Positions 31,050 to 39,964 of a stretch of DNA of 64,000 nt are shown here, in pieces. The notes beneath the pieces are model-generated. The model was not told the origin of the DNA and searched no databases. It saw nothing but the letters and a program-made list of their open reading frames with translations. A program made the translations under genes and the position numbers. Each line of letters starts with the position of its first letter. The stretch's first letter is position 1. Source of the DNA: Dehalococcoidia bacterium (GTDB taxonomy: Bacteria > Chloroflexota > Dehalococcoidia > Lucifugimonadales > Australimonadaceae); the NCBI GenBank assembly GCA_965243745.1, contig CBDEVR010000002.1, positions 1,108,226 to 1,172,225 on the forward strand, read 5' to 3'.

Positions 31050-31927
31050 CAGCGATCCCGTCCAAGGAGCGCGAAGCTGAACTGCGTCACCACTGCCCAC
31101 CAGACGGCGGCAGCCAGCCCGAGGTGCATGATGCGGAGTTCCTGCGGCAGCCGGAGCCAGACCGCGCTCACACCCACCGTGAACTGCGCCGCAGCCAGCA
31201 GCGCGGCGATAACGCTCACGTAGAACGCCCAGCCCCCTGCGCGACGCGCCTGCCACGCCGTCCATATCAGCGCAAGCAGTAACGCCGTGGCCGCCACGCG
31301 GTGCACGAGATGCACCCACGCCGCCTCGGCACTGCTGCGAGCGTCGCACAGCGGCAGCCCCGGGCACCCGGCGCTGTGCCCCGTGCCCACAATCGTTCCA
31401 CCCGCAAGCACGACGAACGCCGCCGCGATGACGAGCGCTCGCCAGCGCCTGACGTCGGGAGGCGGAGTAAGACGCACGTCGAGCGCCCGCACGGCGCCCC
31501 CGGTCAGCAGCGCGAGCGTCAGCAGTGAGAACGTGAGGTGCGCCAGCCGCACCATGCTGTGCAGCTCCGTGAGCACCGTGATGCCGCCGAGCACCGCCTG
31601 CACGAGGATGGCCACGAGGGCCCAGACGAGCAGGCGCGACGTGAGGGGGTCGTGTGCGCGAGCGCGGAAGGCGAGCGCGGCCGAGGCCGCTACCACCAGC
31701 ATCGTCACGCCCGCATAGACGCGGTGGCCGAACTCGATGGCGGTCGCGCCCTCGATCTCCGGAACGAGCACGCCTTCGCAGAGGGGCCAGTCGGGGCAGC
31801 CGAGGCCGGAGCCGGAGACGCGCACCCACGAGCCGTACGCGATGAGGCCCAGCGTGAGCACAGACGCCAGGAGCGCGAGCCACCCTGCGCGGCGGATATC
31901 CACCGTGCGTACCCCCTGCGCAGCCAT
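31049..31927 (-). CDS. ctaA: heme A synthase (COX15/CtaA)
   Basis: GSGLGCPDWPLCEG motif, multiple His-containing TM helices and a second Cys pair (GCPGLPLC). Start chosen at ATG 31927. Confidence 0.88.
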   Translation of the reverse strand: MAAQGVRTVDIRRAGWLALLASVLTLGLIAYGSWVRVSGSGLGCPDWPLCEGVLVPEIEGATAIEFGHRVYAGVTMLVVAASAALAFRARAHDPLTSRLLVWALVAILVQAVLGGITVLTELHSMVRLAHLTFSLLTLALLTGGAVRALDVRLTPPPDVRRWRALVIAAAFVVLAGGTIVGTGHSAGCPGLPLCDARSSAEAAWVHLVHRVAATALLLALIWTAWQARRAGGWAFYVSVIAALLAAAQFTVGVSAVWLRLPQELRIMHLGLAAAVWWAVVTQFSFALLGRDR

Positions 31928-31931
31928 CTGC

Positions 31932-32144
31932 CTATGCCACTCCGTATGACATGACAGCCAGGACGGCGATGAGGCCCACGGGCAGCAGGGTCCAGACGAC
32001 CTCCGCAGCACGCGTGCCGAGGATGCCTCGCGAGGCGTCCTGCCACACGCGCATGCGTAGCGCCGTGACGACGATGGCCGCCTCTGCCAGCACCATGAGG
32101 CTGACGACTATCCAGAATCCTGCGTGGGGTGTCATGTCGAGCAT
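31932..32144 (-). CDS. small two-helix membrane protein resembling the COX2 transmembrane domain (about 70 aa)
   Basis: Two hydrophobic helices. The second begins AEVVWTLLP, compared with LEITWTVIP in ctaC of this window. Start at 32144 or 32135. Confidence 0.5.
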   Translation of the reverse strand: MLDMTPHAGFWIVVSLMVLAEAAIVVTALRMRVWQDASRGILGTRAAEVVWTLLPVGLIAVLAVMSYGVA

Positions 32145-32259
32145 ACGAGCGCGCCGGGCAGTCCTCCTTCGCACCGGCGCGCCTCCTCTATGGTAGCGTA
32201 AGCGCGCTGCCGCCGCCACGTTCCGGAGCGACAGACCGCAGCCCCAGAGGAGGTGGGAG

Positions 32260-33006
32260 ATGGCGATACGCGAGGAAGAGTTTGACCTGCCGGTGGACGA
32301 AGGGGAGATGGCCGTCTTCCTCTACGAGCCGGAGGACGCCGGGCCGCTGCCGTCCATCATCATGGTGCACGACGCCAACGGGCTGACCGTGGAGGCGCGC
32401 GAGCAGGCGGAATGGCTCGCCGGACACGGCTACGCGGTTGCCGCTCCGGACGTCTTCCACCGCGCCGGGCGGCTGCTGACGCTGCCGGAACTGGGCGATG
32501 GGCCGGAGGCAACGCTGCAGATCCGCGCCGGCATGACGAACGACGGTCACTGCTCGGACATCACACGTCTTGCCGCGTTCCTGCGCGAGCGTCCGGGCAG
32601 CGACGGGCGCGTCGGCCTCACGGGGTTCTGCCTCGGCGGGCGTATCTCGTTCCTCGGCGCGGGACTGGGAGCAGTCGTGGACGCGACGGTCGCGTTCTAT
32701 CCGACACGCCTCCTGGAGTCCGATCCCGCGGTCCCCGGCTCGCCGTGGCCGGTGCACGGGGCGGGGAACGTGACGAACCCGCTGCTGATGTTCTTCCCCG
32801 CGCTGGACGGCTTCAATCCGTACTCCAACGTGGAGGCGATCATGGCGGCGTTCGGGGATTCGGGCGACCGCGTCCGCGCCGTGTGGGTGGAGGACGCGGA
32901 CCACGCCTTCGCGCAGCCGGAGAGCGAGGCGTACCACCCGGAGCGGGCCGCTGAGGTGTGGGAGGAGGCGCTCGCGTTCTTCGAGCGTCACCTCCGGCGG
33001 ATATAA
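32260..33006 (+). CDS. dienelactone hydrolase family protein
   Basis: Nucleophile motif GFCLGGR, PDVFHRAGR, and a His near the C-terminus (DADHAF). SD gaggagg. Confidence 0.85.
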   Translation: MAIREEEFDLPVDEGEMAVFLYEPEDAGPLPSIIMVHDANGLTVEAREQAEWLAGHGYAVAAPDVFHRAGRLLTLPELGDGPEATLQIRAGMTNDGHCSDITRLAAFLRERPGSDGRVGLTGFCLGGRISFLGAGLGAVVDATVAFYPTRLLESDPAVPGSPWPVHGAGNVTNPLLMFFPALDGFNPYSNVEAIMAAFGDSGDRVRAVWVEDADHAFAQPESEAYHPERAAEVWEEALAFFERHLRRI

Positions 33007-33045
33007 TCGCGCTCCACGCGAACGGGAGACAGCGCTCATCAGCGC

Positions 33046-33804
33046 ATGCAAGCACAGAGGAGCACTCTCATGGACACGACAGAACAGGTAGTGGACATCG
33101 CAACGGCGGACGGCCCGATGGCAACGCCGACCTCCCGCCCGGCGGACGGGGGCACGCACCCGGGCGTCATCGTCATCATGGAGGCGTTCGGCGTGAACCC
33201 GAATATCGAGGGTATCGTGCAGCGGTTCGCGAGCGAGGGCTACGTCGCCGCGGCACCTGACCTGTTCCACCGCTCCGGACGGCTGCGCTACGCCCCCTAC
33301 GACAAGCTGCAGGAGATGCGCGAGGAGCTGCGCTCCGGCGGCTTCGGCGACGCCTCAATCGACATGGACGTGCAGGCCACGATCGATTACCTGCGCAACG
33401 ACCCGAACGTCGGCGCGATAGGCATCGTTGGCTTCTGCCTCGGCGGGCGCGTCACGATGCAGTCCGCGATACGCGCGAGCGGGTTGTCGGCGGCTGCCGT
33501 CTACTACGGCGGGTTCATGTTCCCCGGAGACGACCAGCCCGAGGCGTTCCACGCGCTGCGAGAGGCCGAGGCGCTCTCGATCCCGGTGATGGGCTTCTTC
33601 GGCGAAGAGGACCAGAACCCCACGACGGAGCAGGTCAGGACCCTGGACGAGCGGCTCACCGCCCTCGGCAAGGAGCATATGTTCCACGTCTACGCGGGCG
33701 CGGGCCACGGCTTCGTCTGCGACGACCGCGCCAGCCACAACGCGGAGGCCGCGGCCGACGCGTGGGAGAAGACGCTCGCGTTCTTCGGCGAGCGCCTCCG
33801 CTGA
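33046..33804 (+). CDS. dienelactone hydrolase family protein (paralog)
   Basis: GFCLGGR, PDLFHRSGR and GAGHGF motifs. Confidence 0.85.
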   Translation: MQAQRSTLMDTTEQVVDIATADGPMATPTSRPADGGTHPGVIVIMEAFGVNPNIEGIVQRFASEGYVAAAPDLFHRSGRLRYAPYDKLQEMREELRSGGFGDASIDMDVQATIDYLRNDPNVGAIGIVGFCLGGRVTMQSAIRASGLSAAAVYYGGFMFPGDDQPEAFHALREAEALSIPVMGFFGEEDQNPTTEQVRTLDERLTALGKEHMFHVYAGAGHGFVCDDRASHNAEAAADAWEKTLAFFGERLR

Positions 33805-33829
33805 GCACAATCGATCCCATCCGCCAAGG

Positions 33830-33876
33830 CTAGGATTCCCGCCTTCCCTGTCTTCCCGCGAAGGAGGGAATCCTAG
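33830..33876. repeat. intergenic palindromic (REP-like) hairpin
   Basis: 11-nt perfect arms ctaggattccc / gggaatcctag, with inner ccttc/gaagg pairing. Confidence 0.6.
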
Positions 33877-33894
33877 CGGAATAGGAGATACTCC

Positions 33895-35286
33895 ATGGCC
33901 GACGCGTATGACGTCATCATCATCGGAGGCGGGTCCGCCGGCGAGAACGTCGCCGGGCGCACTGCCCCCGCCGGACTAAGCACCGCCATCGTGGAGGCGG
34001 AACTGGTCGGTGGCGAGTGCTCGTACTGGGCGTGCATGCCCAGCAAGGCGCTGCTCCGCCCCGGAGAGGCGCTCGCCGCGGCGAAGCGGGTGCCCGCCGT
34101 GCGGGACGCCGTCACGGGCAGCGTGGACGCCGCCCGCGCGATGCGCGCCCGCGACGCGTTCGCGAGCCACTGGAGCGACGCCGGACAGGAACAGTGGGTC
34201 GCTTCCGTCGGTGCGACGCTCATCCGCGGCTGGGGGCGGCTCGACGGCGAGAAGCGCGTCGTGGTCGAGATGGCGGACGGCAGCGGCAGCGTCGAACTGG
34301 AGGCGAACAAGGCGGTGGTACTCGCGACCGGTTCGTTCGCCTTCGTCCCGCCCATCGAGGGGCTGGTCGAAGCCGAACCGTGGACGAGCCGCGAGATCAC
34401 GTCGGCGAAGAGCGTGCCGGAGAGCCTCATCATCATCGGCGGGGGCGTCGTCGGGCTGGAGATGGCGCAGGCGTGGAAGTCGCTCGGCGCGGCCGAGGTG
34501 ACCGTGCTGGAGCGGAGGACCCCCGAGGACACGCCGCTGTTCGAGCCGTTCGCGCTGCGGGCGGTCGTCGACTCGCTGGAGGCGCAGGGCGTCGTGTTCC
34601 GGTTCGGGTGCGTCGTGGCGGCGGCGAGCCGGACGAGCGACGGCGTGAGCGTGACGATGGACAACGACGAGACGCTGTACGCGCAGGAGCTGCTCGTGGC
34701 TGCGGGGCGCACCGGCGTCGTGGAGGGCGTCGGGCTGGAGACGGTCGGCGTCGACGCGCAGCGGTACGTGACGGTGAACGATCACCTGCAGGTGGAGGGC
34801 GTGGGCGGCGGCTGGCTGTACGCCGTGGGTGACGTGAACGGGCGCGCGCTGCTGACGCACCAGGGCAAGTACCAGGCCCGGCAGGCGGGCGACCACATCC
34901 GCGGGCTCGACGCCTCCGCGTGGGCGGACAACGGCATGGTGCCCGCGGTGGTGTTCACGGACCCGCAGATCGGGAGCGTGGGACTGACGGAGCGCGCCGC
35001 CCGTGAGCGCGGCCTGAACATCCGCGCCATCGAGATGGGCTGGCCGGTTGCCGCCGCTCCGCTGCACGGCGAGCATTTCAGCGGCGGCGTGAAGTTCATC
35101 GTGGACGAGGACCGGCGCGTGCTCGTCGGCGCGACGTTCGCGGGGCCGGAGGTCGGGGAGCTGACGCACGCGGCGACCATCGCCATCGTGGGTGAGGTGA
35201 CGCTCGACCGGCTGTGGCACGCGACGCCGTCGTTCCCGACGCTCAGCGAGGTGTGGCTGCGCTTCCTGGAAACGTACGGCCTGTAA
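33895..35286 (+). CDS. FAD-dependent pyridine nucleotide-disulfide oxidoreductase (dihydrolipoyl dehydrogenase / mycothione reductase-like)
   Basis: YDVIIIGGGSAGE dinucleotide fold, redox-active GGECSYWACMPSK, a second GGGVVGLE fold, and a C-terminal dimerisation region with HATPSFPT. Confidence 0.88.
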   Translation: MADAYDVIIIGGGSAGENVAGRTAPAGLSTAIVEAELVGGECSYWACMPSKALLRPGEALAAAKRVPAVRDAVTGSVDAARAMRARDAFASHWSDAGQEQWVASVGATLIRGWGRLDGEKRVVVEMADGSGSVELEANKAVVLATGSFAFVPPIEGLVEAEPWTSREITSAKSVPESLIIIGGGVVGLEMAQAWKSLGAAEVTVLERRTPEDTPLFEPFALRAVVDSLEAQGVVFRFGCVVAAASRTSDGVSVTMDNDETLYAQELLVAAGRTGVVEGVGLETVGVDAQRYVTVNDHLQVEGVGGGWLYAVGDVNGRALLTHQGKYQARQAGDHIRGLDASAWADNGMVPAVVFTDPQIGSVGLTERAARERGLNIRAIEMGWPVAAAPLHGEHFSGGVKFIVDEDRRVLVGATFAGPEVGELTHAATIAIVGEVTLDRLWHATPSFPTLSEVWLRFLETYGL

Positions 35287-35335
35287 GCCTCGGCCTCCCT
35301 GTTGTCGCGCAGGGCGGGGCGCGTAAACTGCCCGC

Positions 35336-36133
35336 ATGACGTACACAGACATCCTCTACGAGAAGAGCGGCGGGATCGCGACCATCACGATGAACCGTCC
35401 GCGGGTGCGCAATGCCTTCCGCCCGCTGACGGTCGACGAGATGATCGAGGCCTTCAATGATGCATGGGAGGACGACGACGTCGGCGTGGTCATCCTGACG
35501 GGGGCTGGCGACAAGGCGTTCTCCAGCGGCGGCGACCAGAAGGTGCGCGGCAAGGACGGCTACCAGGACGGCACGGGGCACACGAAGCTCCGCATCACGG
35601 AGCTGCACACCGTCATCCGCATGATCCCCAAGCCGGTGATCGCCGCGGTCAACGGCTATGCCATCGGCGGCGGACACGTGCTGCACGTCATCTGCGACCT
35701 CTCGCTGGCGTCGGAGAACGCGATATTCGGGCAGTCCGGGCCGCGCGTGGGGAGTTTCGACGCCGGGTTCGGCACGGTGTTCCTCGCGCGCATCGTCGGA
35801 GAGAAGAAGGCACGGGAGATCTGGTACCTCTGCCGCCAGTACTCGGCCCAGGAGGCCCTCGAGATGGGGCTGGTGAACAAGGTGGTGCCCCCGGAGCAGT
35901 TGATGGCGGAGGCGCGGGGGTGGGCAGAGCGCATCCTGCAGATGAGCCCGACAGCGCTGCGGTTCCTGAAGGCATCGTTCAACCAGGACACGGACTGGGC
36001 GTACGGGCTGCAGCAGATGGCGCACGGCGCGGTGCAGATGTTCTACAACACGGACGAGGCGGAGGAGGGCGTGCGCGCCTTCAACGAGAAGCGCCCGCCG
36101 GACTTCAGCCCCTACCGCAAGCAGAGCTGGTGA
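35336..36133 (+). CDS. menB: 1,4-dihydroxy-2-naphthoyl-CoA synthase
   Basis: Crotonase fold with MenB-type blocks [35 protein letters not shown] and a C-terminal FNEKRPPDF. Confidence 0.9.
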   Translation: MTYTDILYEKSGGIATITMNRPRVRNAFRPLTVDEMIEAFNDAWEDDDVGVVILTGAGDKAFSSGGDQKVRGKDGYQDGTGHTKLRITELHTVIRMIPKPVIAAVNGYAIGGGHVLHVICDLSLASENAIFGQSGPRVGSFDAGFGTVFLARIVGEKKAREIWYLCRQYSAQEALEMGLVNKVVPPEQLMAEARGWAERILQMSPTALRFLKASFNQDTDWAYGLQQMAHGAVQMFYNTDEAEEGVRAFNEKRPPDFSPYRKQSW

Positions 36134-36148
36134 GGAACCTCACGCACG

Positions 36149-36177
36149 TTGACCCAGGTAAGGCGCTTTACTATCAT
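36149..36177 (+). promoter_or_regulatory. promoter of the toxin-antitoxin cassette
   Basis: TTGACC, a 17-nt spacer, then TATCAT. Confidence 0.55.
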
Positions 36178-36181
36178 TAAG

Positions 36182-36196
36182 CGGTCATAATGACCG
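36182..36196. promoter_or_regulatory. candidate TA operator (inverted repeat overlapping the antitoxin start)
   Basis: cggtcat a atgaccg, perfect 7-bp arms, immediately downstream of the -10. Confidence 0.45.
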
Positions 36197-36459
36197 GTTG
36201 GAATACCATGCAACGAGTACAGTCCACTGAGGCCAAAGCTCGCTTCGCAGAACTGCTGCGCACTGTAGAGCACGGCGAAACCGTTGTCATAACGCGCCAC
36301 GGAAAAGCCGTCGCGCACCTGGTCCCTGCTCATGCCCGGGACCGCGCGAATCGTCAAGACGCTGTCGATCAGTTCCGGCTGCGACGCGCCGAATGGCAAG
36401 GCGCAATCATGACACGCGAGGAGATACTCGCCGCACGCCACGAAGGCCACCGGCAGTGA
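36190..36459 (+). CDS. type II antitoxin, Phd/YefM family
   Basis: STEAKARFAELLRTVEHGETVVITRHGKAVAHLVPA is the classic Phd/YefM N-terminal domain. Alternative ATG at 36208. Confidence 0.8.
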   Translation: MTGWNTMQRVQSTEAKARFAELLRTVEHGETVVITRHGKAVAHLVPAHARDRANRQDAVDQFRLRRAEWQGAIMTREEILAARHEGHRQ

Positions 36460-36857
36460 GTGTGTTCGTCATCGACGCCTCTGTCGCCGCAGCATGGCTC
36501 CTGGGCGAAGACGCGCAGGCCTCGCAGAGTCTGTCGCAACTCGTGGAAGAAGAAGCGGTAGTTCCACAACTCTGGCACTCGGAGATACGCAATGTTCTCC
36601 TCGTGGCCGAGCGGCGGGGGCGTCTGTCCGCCACGCAGACAGCTGCCGGCATGGATGCACTGCGAACATTGCCGATCTACACCGACGAGTCCCCTGAACT
36701 GGATACCGCCTATGCTCTCGCCAAAGCCCACGGCCTCTCGTTCTATGACGCCCTGTACCTGGAACTCGCTTGCAGGCACGGCGCACCCCTCGTTACGCTG
36801 GACGCGGCGCTGGCGCAGGCCGCTGCCGCCGAAGGTCTACCGCCCTCGCTGACATAA
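36456..36857 (+). CDS. vapC: type II toxin, PIN-domain ribonuclease (VapC)
   Basis: The GTG start overlaps the antitoxin stop (GTGA). Acidic PIN residues are present in VFVIDASV, WHSEIRNVL and SFYDALYLELA. Confidence 0.8.
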   Translation: MSVFVIDASVAAAWLLGEDAQASQSLSQLVEEEAVVPQLWHSEIRNVLLVAERRGRLSATQTAAGMDALRTLPIYTDESPELDTAYALAKAHGLSFYDALYLELACRHGAPLVTLDAALAQAAAAEGLPPSLT

Positions 36858-36876
36858 CCGGCGAACAGGCAACGTC

Positions 36877-37788
36877 ATGACCACTCCCGCCCCGCAATCG
36901 AAACTCGTCTCCTGGTTCTGGGCGGCGCGCCCGTTCTCGCTGTCGGCGTCGGTCGCGCCAGTGCTGGTGGGAACTGCGCTCGCGGCGACCGTGGACACGC
37001 TCAACTGGATGCTGTTCGCGCTCGCGCTGACGGGGTCGGTCGCCATTCAGATCGGCACGAACCTCACCGACGAGTACTCGGACCATCGCAAGTCCGGCGG
37101 CGAGGGCAAGTTCCTCGCGCCGCACAAGGTGATTCAGCGAGGACTTCTCTCGGAGCGAGCGGTGGCGCTGGGGATGGCGGCTGCCTTCGGCTACGGCGTC
37201 GTTGCGGGGCTGATCATCGTCGAACGCATGGACGTGGGCTGGCCGATCCTCGCGGTGGGGCTGGCAAGCGTCGCGGCGGCGTACCTGTACGCGGGCGGGC
37301 CGAAGCCGCTGGGGACGCTGGGGCTCGGCGAGCCGGTGGTGTTCGTGTTCATGGGGCAGGTCATGGTGATGGCGTCGTACTACGTGCAGCAGGAGGCGAT
37401 CACGTGGGCGTCGTTCTACGTCTCGCTGCCGGTCGCGTTCATCGTCACGGCGATCCTGGTGGTGAACAACATCCGCGACGTGGAGGAGGACCGGGAGGCC
37501 GGGAAGCGGAGCCTCGCTACCGCCGCTGGGCCGAGAGTGGCTACTTGGGCGTACACGGCATTGCTGGCGGCGGCGTACCTGAGCATCGCGGGCGCCGCGC
37601 TCGGCGGGGCGGTGAGCCTCTGGGCGCTGCTGGGACTCGCGCCGCTGCCGTGGGCCGTGGGGGCGGCCCGGGCGCTGTTCGCGGCAGAGGAGCGCCCCGC
37701 GATGAACCGCCTGCTCGTGCGCAGCGGAAAGCTGCACGGGTGGACCGGGCTCGCGCTCGCGGCGGGGTTGTTCGTGTCGAGCCTGTGA
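36877..37788 (+). CDS. menA: 1,4-dihydroxy-2-naphthoate polyprenyltransferase
   Basis: UbiA superfamily with about 8-9 TM helices and the NLTDEYSDH motif. Context with menB. Confidence 0.85.
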   Translation: MTTPAPQSKLVSWFWAARPFSLSASVAPVLVGTALAATVDTLNWMLFALALTGSVAIQIGTNLTDEYSDHRKSGGEGKFLAPHKVIQRGLLSERAVALGMAAAFGYGVVAGLIIVERMDVGWPILAVGLASVAAAYLYAGGPKPLGTLGLGEPVVFVFMGQVMVMASYYVQQEAITWASFYVSLPVAFIVTAILVVNNIRDVEEDREAGKRSLATAAGPRVATWAYTALLAAAYLSIAGAALGGAVSLWALLGLAPLPWAVGAARALFAAEERPAMNRLLVRSGKLHGWTGLALAAGLFVSSL

Positions 37789-37842
37789 TGAGGCAGCTCA
37801 TTCGCGTTGACCCTGCGCCCCCGCACGCCTAGACTCCCCGCG

Positions 37843-39930
37843 ATGGCCATCTACCGCTACTCCCGATGGGACGGCTCTCAGGACGTCGCGCTCCCGACGA
37901 CCGACGACCTGTTCGACCGCCTCTCCGAGCAGATCCTGCAGGGCGACGACCTGCGCGGCGCGCTCAACCGCATGATGCGCTACGGGATGCGCGGCGAGGG
38001 CCAGCGTGGCCAGGGGCTCCAGGAGCTGCTCGAACGGCTCCGCGACGCCCGCCAGCGCAACCTCGACCGCTACGACCTCTCGTCCCTATTCGACGACATC
38101 CAGGAGCGGCTCGACGCCATCGTCGACAAGGAGCGGCAGGGCATCAACCAGCGCCTCGACGAGATCGCGCCACCGGACGACGGTGCGCCGTCTGGCGACG
38201 GCGGGCAGGACGGCGAGGGACAGGATGAGGAAGGCCAGGGCCGGCCCGGAGGGAGCGGCGCGCCGCCGGACGAGTTCACCGACATGCTGCGGCAGATGGC
38301 GAACCGTCACCTCAACCAGCTCGACGCGCTGCCCGAAGGCGCTGGCGGGCGCATCAAGCAGCTCCGCGACTACGACTTCATGGACAGCGGCGCGCGCGAG
38401 GACTTCGATGCGCTCATGCAGGAGCTCCAGCAGCAGTTCCTCCAGCAGTACTTCCAGGGGCTGCAGCAGAGCCTCCAGAACCTGACGCAGGCCGACCTCG
38501 CCCAGATATCGGAGATGGTGCGCGACCTCAACGAGCTCGTGAAACAGAAGCTGCAAGGCGACGACCCGGACATCAGCGACTTCATGAACAAGTGGGGACA
38601 TATGTTCCCGCCGGGCATCGAGACGTTCGACCAACTGATGGAGTACATGTCCAACCAGATGGCGCAGATGCAGTCGCTCATGAACTCCATGACACCGGAG
38701 ATGCGCCGTCAGCTCGAGGAGATGATGGATGGCCTGCTGCAGGACAACCGCCTCGCGTGGGACCTGTTCGAGCTCGGCACGAACCTCGAACGGATGAACC
38801 CGGACAGCTTCCCGGACAACGACTTCCGCCTGTTCGGCGACGAGCCCGTCACCCTGCAGCAGGCGCTCGAACTCATGGGCGACCTGAACGACATGGAAGA
38901 GCTGGAGCAGCAGTTGCGCCAGGCGCTCCGTACGAACGACGCCACGAACATCGACGCGGACGACCTCGGCAAGGTGCTCGGGGAGGAGGCGCGCCAGTAC
39001 GCGCAGGAGCTACAGCGCCTCACGAAGGAGCTTGAAGAGGCGGGGCTGATCCGCAAGCGCGGCCAGAACGGGTGGGAGCTCACCCCGCAGGCGATGCGGA
39101 AGATAGGCGACAAGGCGCTCACCGACATCTTCAACCGCATCCGCGGCGGCGACATCGGCGACCACAACCGCGAGAAGAGCGGCGTCGGCGTCGAGATCAC
39201 GGACGAGACGAAGCGCTGGGAGTTCGGCGACCCGCTCCACCTGAACACGCTCAAGACGGTGAGCAACGCCGTGCTCCGCGAAGGGCCGGGCACGCCCGTC
39301 CGCATCAGGCCGGACGACTTCGAGATAGACCGCACCATCGCGCAGACGCGCGCTTGCACAGTCATCGCCATCGACATGAGCTACTCGATGTTCTGGGACG
39401 GCGCGTTCCAGGCCGGCCAGCGCGTCGGGCTGGCGCTCGACACGCTCATCCGCTCGAAGTTCCCCAAGGACCAGGTGACGGTCGTCGCCTTCTCCTACTT
39501 CGTGCTGCCGCTGCAGCCGCACATGCTGCTCGACACGTACTGGGTCGAGTTTGGCGGAGGCACGAACTTCCAGGAGGTGCTGCGCCAGTCACGGCAGATA
39601 CTCGGCAGGCAGGGCGGCACGAACAAGCAGATCATCCTCATCACGGACGGCGAGCCCACGACGTACAACTGGACGGAGAGTGACCTGCGCGCGAACTACG
39701 GGCGGCGCGGCGGCGGGCTCGTCGAGGCGACGATGCGCGAGGTGATGCGCTGCACGCGCGACAACATCACCATCAACACGTTCATGCTGGACCAGAGCCC
39801 GTCGCTCCTGCGGTTCGTCCAACTGATGACGAAGATCAACAGGGGCCGCGCGTTCATCTCCAGCCCGCACAGCCTCGGTTCCTACGTCGTGGCGGACTAC
39901 GTCTCGAACCGGAACAAGGTCATCCGCTAG
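37843..39930 (+). CDS. VWA domain-containing protein with long N-terminal helical/Q-rich region (695 aa)
   Basis: N-terminus MAIYRYSRWDGSQD. The C-terminal VWA has MIDAS VIAIDMSYSM and ILITDGEPT. Start set at ATG 37843. Confidence 0.8.
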   Translation: MAIYRYSRWDGSQDVALPTTDDLFDRLSEQILQGDDLRGALNRMMRYGMRGEGQRGQGLQELLERLRDARQRNLDRYDLSSLFDDIQERLDAIVDKERQGINQRLDEIAPPDDGAPSGDGGQDGEGQDEEGQGRPGGSGAPPDEFTDMLRQMANRHLNQLDALPEGAGGRIKQLRDYDFMDSGAREDFDALMQELQQQFLQQYFQGLQQSLQNLTQADLAQISEMVRDLNELVKQKLQGDDPDISDFMNKWGHMFPPGIETFDQLMEYMSNQMAQMQSLMNSMTPEMRRQLEEMMDGLLQDNRLAWDLFELGTNLERMNPDSFPDNDFRLFGDEPVTLQQALELMGDLNDMEELEQQLRQALRTNDATNIDADDLGKVLGEEARQYAQELQRLTKELEEAGLIRKRGQNGWELTPQAMRKIGDKALTDIFNRIRGGDIGDHNREKSGVGVEITDETKRWEFGDPLHLNTLKTVSNAVLREGPGTPVRIRPDDFEIDRTIAQTRACTVIAIDMSYSMFWDGAFQAGQRVGLALDTLIRSKFPKDQVTVVAFSYFVLPLQPHMLLDTYWVEFGGGTNFQEVLRQSRQILGRQGGTNKQIILITDGEPTTYNWTESDLRANYGRRGGGLVEATMREVMRCTRDNITINTFMLDQSPSLLRFVQLMTKINRGRAFISSPHSLGSYVVADYVSNRNKVIR

Positions 39931-39964
39931 AGCAGCACCCCGTCATTCGTGGAGAGGGAGAAGC

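Noticed and set aside
30177-31883. 568-aa version of the ctaB ORF
   Set aside because: The N-terminal 278 codons are Arg/Gly/Ala-rich and out of frame with the genuine ctaA gene on the same strand. CtaB homology starts at MVAFLRQ (31049).
33976-35352. 458-aa minus strand ORF
   Set aside because: It is antisense to the flavoprotein oxidoreductase, which has clear FAD/NAD folds and a redox-active CxxxxC.
36134-36877. Whether the TA insert is part of a larger mobile element
   Set aside because: No integrase, transposase, direct repeats or tRNA-adjacent att-like sites are visible around it. Only the lower-GC cassette itself stands out.
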